Assembly (NCBI GenBank): GCA_035353815.1 | Contig: DAOQAG010000009.1 | Coordinates: forward strand, 29,691-93,690 | From: a bacterium | GTDB taxonomy: Bacteria; Zhuqueibacterota; Zhuqueibacteria; Residuimicrobiales; Residuimicrobiaceae | Reading direction: 5' to 3' | DNA length: 64,000 nt | Shown: in pieces, positions 60,205-64,000 of the stretch | Numbering within the stretch: position 1 is the first letter of the stretch | How the letters are laid out: each line of letters begins with the position of its first letter | Position numbers and translations under genes: made by a program | Notes under the pieces: generated by a model | Database searches by the model: none | What the model was told of the DNA's origin: nothing | Seen by the model: the letters and a program-made list of their open reading frames with translations, nothing else

Positions 60205-62703
60205 ATGAAACGAATAGTCGTCTGGATCTTGGGTGGGTTGTGCACCCTGGTGTATGCGCAATCCACGGAACTGTATCGAGACCCTGCCGCGCCGGTCGAA
60301 GAACGTGTGGAGGATCTTCTCAGCCGCATGACTCTGGCGGAAAAAATCGCGCTGATCGGCGGCACCGGGACCACCACCCGCGCCAACGAGCGGCTCGGCA
60401 TCCCCGAGCTGAGAATGACCGACGGCACCGCCGGCGTTCAACTCGACCGGGCCCCCTCCATGGCCTTCCCGGCACCGATCGCGCTGGCCGCGACCTGGAA
60501 TCCGGATCTGGTGCGTCGCGCGGGCCGCGGCATGGGGCGGGAGGTCAAAGGCCATGGCCGGCATGTGCTGCTCGCGCCCTGTGTCAATATCGCCCGCATG
60601 CCGATGAGCGGCCGGAATTTTGAAGCCTATGGCGAGGACCCCTTTCTGGCTGCGCGGATGGCGGTGGCCGCCGTCCAGGGCATTCAGGAGGAAGGCGTAG
60701 CCGCTACGGTCAAACACTTCGCCGCCAACAACCAGGAGAGCGAGCGGATGTTCGTGGATGTGGCCGTCAGCCGCCGCGCCCTGCAAGAGATCTATTTCCC
60801 CGCTTTCAAGGCGGCGGTCCGGGAAGCCGGTGCCGGGTGCGTAATGAGTTCCTACAACAAGGTCAACGGCCGTTTTGCCAGCGAAAATGAGTACCTCCTC
60901 AAAGAGATCCTCAGGGATGAATGGGGCTTCCGGGGCGTCATCATGAGCGACTGGGGAGCGACGCATTCCGCGATTCCAACCGCGCGCGGCGAGCTTGATA
61001 TCGAGATGCCCACCGGGGTCTTTATGAATATGGATTCGCTGCAGGCCCCCATCGCCGATGGCCGTGTACCGCTCGCGGCCATCGAGCAAAAGGCCCGCCA
61101 TATCCTGACCCTGATCTTCAAACTCGGACTCTTCGACCATCCTCCACTCGCCAGGAACCCGACCCTGATCAACACTCCCGAAAACCGGCAGATCGCTTAT
61201 GAGGCTGCGCTCGCCGGTATGGTTCTGCTCAAGAATGAGCGGAACATCCTGCCGCTCAACCCGAAGCGGGTCAAGACCATCGCCGTCATCGGACCTAACG
61301 CCAGGGTGGCGCGGACCGGCGGAGGCGGCAGCTCGGAGGTCAATGACCTCACCCCGGTTACCTTGCTCGACGGCCTGAAAAGCCGCCTGCCCGAGGTCCA
61401 TTTCGAATTTGCCCAGGGCGCCATCCTGGATAATACGACCGAGATCGATCCCATCGCGGCGAAAAATCTCTTTACCGATCGATCCGGAAAACAGCAAGGC
61501 CTGAACGCCGAGTACTTTAACAACATCGACCTCGTCGGCCGCCCCATCCTCCAGCGAATCGACCGGGAGATCCATTTCACCTGGGATGAGAACGGGCCAG
61601 GTTCGGGCGTCGCCAGGGATCATTATTCGGTCCGCTGGAGCGGCTATATCAAAATGGATGCCACCGCGGAATACATCCTGGCCATCGTCGGCGACGATGG
61701 CATGCGCCTCTGGCTGGATGATCAGCTCCTGCTGGACGCCTGGTACCCCCATGGCGCCATGAAACGGGCGGCGGCGGTCCGCCTGCAGAAAGGGCGCTAT
61801 TATCAGGTCCGGTTCGAACTCTACGAAAAGGCGGGCGGGGCGGTCGCCACCCTCGGCTGGGACATCGCTCGCGAGGCCCTCTACCGGGAAGCAGCAGCGA
61901 CAGCGCGCAAGGCCGATTGCGTCATTCTGGCCGTCGGCACCACCAGCGCACTCGAAACCGAGGGCAGGGACCGTCCCGATCTGGTTCTGCCCAACGGCCA
62001 GGATCAATTGATCGAACGCGTGGCGGCCGTCAACAAGAACGTCATTGTCGTCCTCACCGCCGGCAGCCCCGTCCTGATGGATCGCTGGATCGGCCAGGTG
62101 CCCGGTCTCCTTGATACCTGGTTCCCCGGCACCGAGGGCGGACATGCCATCGTCGATATCCTCGTGGGAAACGCCAATCCCTCGGGAAAGCTGCCCATGA
62201 CCTTTCCGCACCGCTGGGAGGAGTGCTCCGCCTATCGCACCTACAACCGCTTCAAGGAGAGAAGCTATTATGCGGATGATATCTATGTCGGTTACCGGCA
62301 TTTTGACAAATATCATCTCACTCCGCTCTTCCCCTTCGGCTTTGGGCTCTCCTACACCAGGTTTGCCTATTCCGATCTCCACGTCACCCGGGAGGGCGAC
62401 CACTTTACGGTCACCTTCGCCATCAGAAATACCGGCACAACCCGGGGCGAAGAGACAGCCCAATTATACGTTGGCGCAGGCCAATCCAGTATGGACAAGC
62501 CGGAGAAAGAGCTGAAGGGATTCGCCAAGGTCCGGCTCGACCCTGGTGAAGAAAAGCAGGTCAAGCTGCTGCTGACCAGGGAGGCCTTTGCCTGGTACAG
62601 CGAACAATTCAATGCCTGGCAAGTCGATCCGGGCCTCTACCGGATCAGCATCGGGGCCTCTTCGCGCGATTTCCGGCTCGAGGCCGAACTCAACCTGGAA
62701 TAA
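60205..62703 (+). CDS. GH3 beta-glucosidase-type hydrolase with inserted PA14 domain
   Basis: ATG at 60205 with GGGAGCAGGA upstream. Signal peptide. LTLAEKIALIGG, KHFAANNQE, GVIMSDWGA (nucleophile region). PA14 segment GLNAEYFNN...YSVRWSGYI...DDGMRLWLDDQLLLD. C-terminal Fn3-like domain. Confidence 0.9.
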   Translation: MKRIVVWILGGLCTLVYAQSTELYRDPAAPVEERVEDLLSRMTLAEKIALIGGTGTTTRANERLGIPELRMTDGTAGVQLDRAPSMAFPAPIALAATWNPDLVRRAGRGMGREVKGHGRHVLLAPCVNIARMPMSGRNFEAYGEDPFLAARMAVAAVQGIQEEGVAATVKHFAANNQESERMFVDVAVSRRALQEIYFPAFKAAVREAGAGCVMSSYNKVNGRFASENEYLLKEILRDEWGFRGVIMSDWGATHSAIPTARGELDIEMPTGVFMNMDSLQAPIADGRVPLAAIEQKARHILTLIFKLGLFDHPPLARNPTLINTPENRQIAYEAALAGMVLLKNERNILPLNPKRVKTIAVIGPNARVARTGGGGSSEVNDLTPVTLLDGLKSRLPEVHFEFAQGAILDNTTEIDPIAAKNLFTDRSGKQQGLNAEYFNNIDLVGRPILQRIDREIHFTWDENGPGSGVARDHYSVRWSGYIKMDATAEYILAIVGDDGMRLWLDDQLLLDAWYPHGAMKRAAAVRLQKGRYYQVRFELYEKAGGAVATLGWDIAREALYREAAATARKADCVILAVGTTSALETEGRDRPDLVLPNGQDQLIERVAAVNKNVIVVLTAGSPVLMDRWIGQVPGLLDTWFPGTEGGHAIVDILVGNANPSGKLPMTFPHRWEECSAYRTYNRFKERSYYADDIYVGYRHFDKYHLTPLFPFGFGLSYTRFAYSDLHVTREGDHFTVTFAIRNTGTTRGEETAQLYVGAGQSSMDKPEKELKGFAKVRLDPGEEKQVKLLLTREAFAWYSEQFNAWQVDPGLYRISIGASSRDFRLEAELNLE

Positions 62704-62900
62704 CGCCTCGCGATTGCGCCGCGACAGGCAAGTGCGCTCACGCACACGGCGCGACGGCCATCTGGATCGCATACGCCGCGGCCGGCAAGGTTCCGGTGAC
62801 ATCTGCTCGCCGCGCGTCAGGCAGTGGCGGAAAGCGCCTCTTCCCAGCGCCACGGGGCCAAAGACGCTGCAAACCTCCGGCGAATCTGCAAAGAAAAGGT

Positions 62901-62929
62901 TTGACTTTAAGCCGGCTTTGGTTTATATT
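62901..62929 (+). promoter_or_regulatory. near-consensus sigma70-type promoter upstream of the ilvB leader
   Basis: TTGACT (62901-62906) - 17 nt - TATATT (62924-62929) in a locally AT-rich patch. The leader ORF ATG follows about 30 nt after the predicted start site. Confidence 0.55.
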
Positions 62930-62967
62930 ATATTAAGTAACCTATTCATTGATTTCGCAGGACGCTG

Positions 62968-63129
62968 ATGAACTCTTCGCACCACATCGCCTGGGCGAAC
63001 CTTTATGATTCCGGTCATAAAGGCCATGGTGCATTGCGTTCTTTCCTCGCTTTATCCGTCCACTCCCTGCGGGCCATCGCTATTCTGCATCTCATTCTTA
63101 TTAACCTCTTGCTTCTGATTATCTACTAA
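62968..63129 (+). promoter_or_regulatory. candidate branched-chain amino acid leader peptide ORF (53 codons) upstream of ilvB
   Basis: ATG at 62968 (AGGA 5 nt upstream) to TAA at 63127-63129. Peptide is [53 protein letters not shown]. 13 of the last 18 residues are Ile/Leu, mostly encoded by AT-rich codons (ATT, CTT, TTG) that are otherwise uncommon here. It ends 145 nt before ilvB. Confidence 0.45.
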
Positions 63130-63274
63130 ATCAGGGCTGCAAGAGGACAACCGCGAATCTCATCCACACCATCCCCAATTCGTATCACCCGCGAATACCT
63201 CTGCAGCCATAGGCTCATCATGGCTTGATGCCGCCTTGTTTCCGGCGGCAGCCCCCAGCAGAAGGAACCCCATC

Positions 63275-64000
63275 ATGACCGGCGCAGAGATGATCATTCA
63301 CGCCTTAAGGCAGGAGGGCGTCCGTGCCCTCTTCGGGTATCCCGGCGGCATGGTGATCGATATTTTCGATCAACTCTACCGGTCAGGTTTTCCCTTCTAT
63401 CTCACCCGGCATGAGCAAGGTGCGGTGCATGCCGCCGACGGATTCGCCCGCGCCTCGGGTGAGGTGGGGGTTTGCCTCGCCACCTCCGGACCCGGCGCCA
63501 CCAATCTCGTCACCGGGCTGGCCACCGCTTACATGGATTCGATCCCCCTGGTGGCGATCACCGGTCAGGTGCCGACCCACCTGATCGGCAACGACGCCTT
63601 TCAGGAGGCCGATATGCTCGGCATCACCCGATCGATCACCAAGCATAATTATCTGGTCAAGGAGGTCGATGAGCTGCCCGGCCTGCTCAAACGGGCCTTC
63701 TATATCGCCCGCAGCGGCCGGCCGGGACCGGTGCTCATCGACATCCCCAAGGATATTCAGCAGGCCTCGACCAACGAGCCCTATCCCGATCAGGTCGCGA
63801 TCCGCAGTTACAAGCCGACCATCAACGGCCACCTGCCGCAGATCCAGAAGGCGGCCGCCCGCATCAACCGCTCCGAACGGCCGGTCCTCTTCGCCGGCGG
63901 CGGGGTCCTCTCCAGCGGCGCCAGCGCTGAACTGGAGAAACTCGCCCGCACGCTCCAGGCCCCGGTGACCACCAGCCTGATGGGCCTCGGGGCCTTCCCC
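63275..64000 (+). CDS. ilvB: acetolactate synthase (acetohydroxyacid synthase) large subunit, N-terminal 242 codons; continues past the window end
   Basis: ATG at 63275 with GAAGGA upstream; the frame is open to the window end, so it is absent from the ORF track. [94 protein letters not shown]. This is the classic ThDP-enzyme AHAS N-domain. Confidence 0.92.
   Translation, partial: MTGAEMIIHALRQEGVRALFGYPGGMVIDIFDQLYRSGFPFYLTRHEQGAVHAADGFARASGEVGVCLATSGPGATNLVTGLATAYMDSIPLVAITGQVPTHLIGNDAFQEADMLGITRSITKHNYLVKEVDELPGLLKRAFYIARSGRPGPVLIDIPKDIQQASTNEPYPDQVAIRSYKPTINGHLPQIQKAAARINRSERPVLFAGGGVLSSGASAELEKLARTLQAPVTTSLMGLGAFP

Noticed and set aside
62464-62968. ORFs 62464..62853 (-) and 62588..62968 (+) at the GH3 3-prime end and intergenic region
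   Set aside because: They overlap the GH3 coding end or run through GC-rich non-coding DNA. Their basic, low-complexity sequences have no start signals.
1-64000. Looked for CRISPR arrays, tRNA/rRNA genes, IS elements, integrases, toxin-antitoxin pairs and phage genes
   Set aside because: I found no regularly spaced direct repeats with unique spacers, no tRNA-like T-arm (GGTTCGAATCC-type) segments in intergenic regions, and no transposase- or integrase-like ORFs. The only repeats are the short tandem or echo repeats reported above.

Overview
This GC-rich 64-kb window is almost entirely a carbohydrate-utilisation island, ending at a core ilvB gene. Nearly every real gene carries long antisense 'shadow' ORFs, so I chose coding frames by recognisable protein families, signal peptides and Shine-Dalgarno (GGAGG/AAGGAG) sites rather than by ORF length. 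I support about 37 protein genes.

Three long minus-strand arrays dominate:
- (i) 17046->648: rhaB-rhaA-rhaT, FucP-type MFS transporter, ROK kinase, secreted metallophosphoesterase, hybrid two-component regulator (HTCS), TonB-dependent receptor (TBDR), and a beta-helix protein with a T9SS C-terminal sorting domain (CTD).
- (ii) 41239->18190: second TBDR, second T9SS-CTD beta-helix paralog, unknown 639-aa protein, GH63-like hydrolase, signal-less ApbE, Tat-exported Gfo/Idh/MocA oxidoreductase, overlapping 85-aa membrane protein, GH92, GH28, GH92, GH92, MFS, ROK.
- (iii) 51872->42835: GH28, unknown GH-like protein, GH78 rhamnosidase, second Tat-Gfo/Idh/MocA, and a double-DUF1080 (3-keto-disaccharide hydrolase-like) protein.

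Plus-strand genes are a YhhN membrane protein, a ToxR/CadC-like membrane-bound winged-helix regulator, PfkB kinase + GH140-like, GH2 + unknown + GH3/PA14, and ilvB (partial) preceded by a candidate Ile/Leu-rich leader peptide.

I saw no SusD-like gene, rRNA, tRNA, CRISPR array, transposase or integrase.

The most interesting points are:
- the twice-repeated TBDR + T9SS-tailed beta-helix pair in place of SusC/SusD;
- the cytoplasmic-ApbE / Tat-oxidoreductase / mini-membrane-protein insert inside a GH92 operon;
- the Gfo + tandem DUF1080 oxidative deglycosylation module;
- the lower-GC ToxR-like regulator;
- the ilvB leader;
- several small tandem or 'echo' repeats.

All family assignments come from motif recognition by eye and need HMM or BLAST confirmation.
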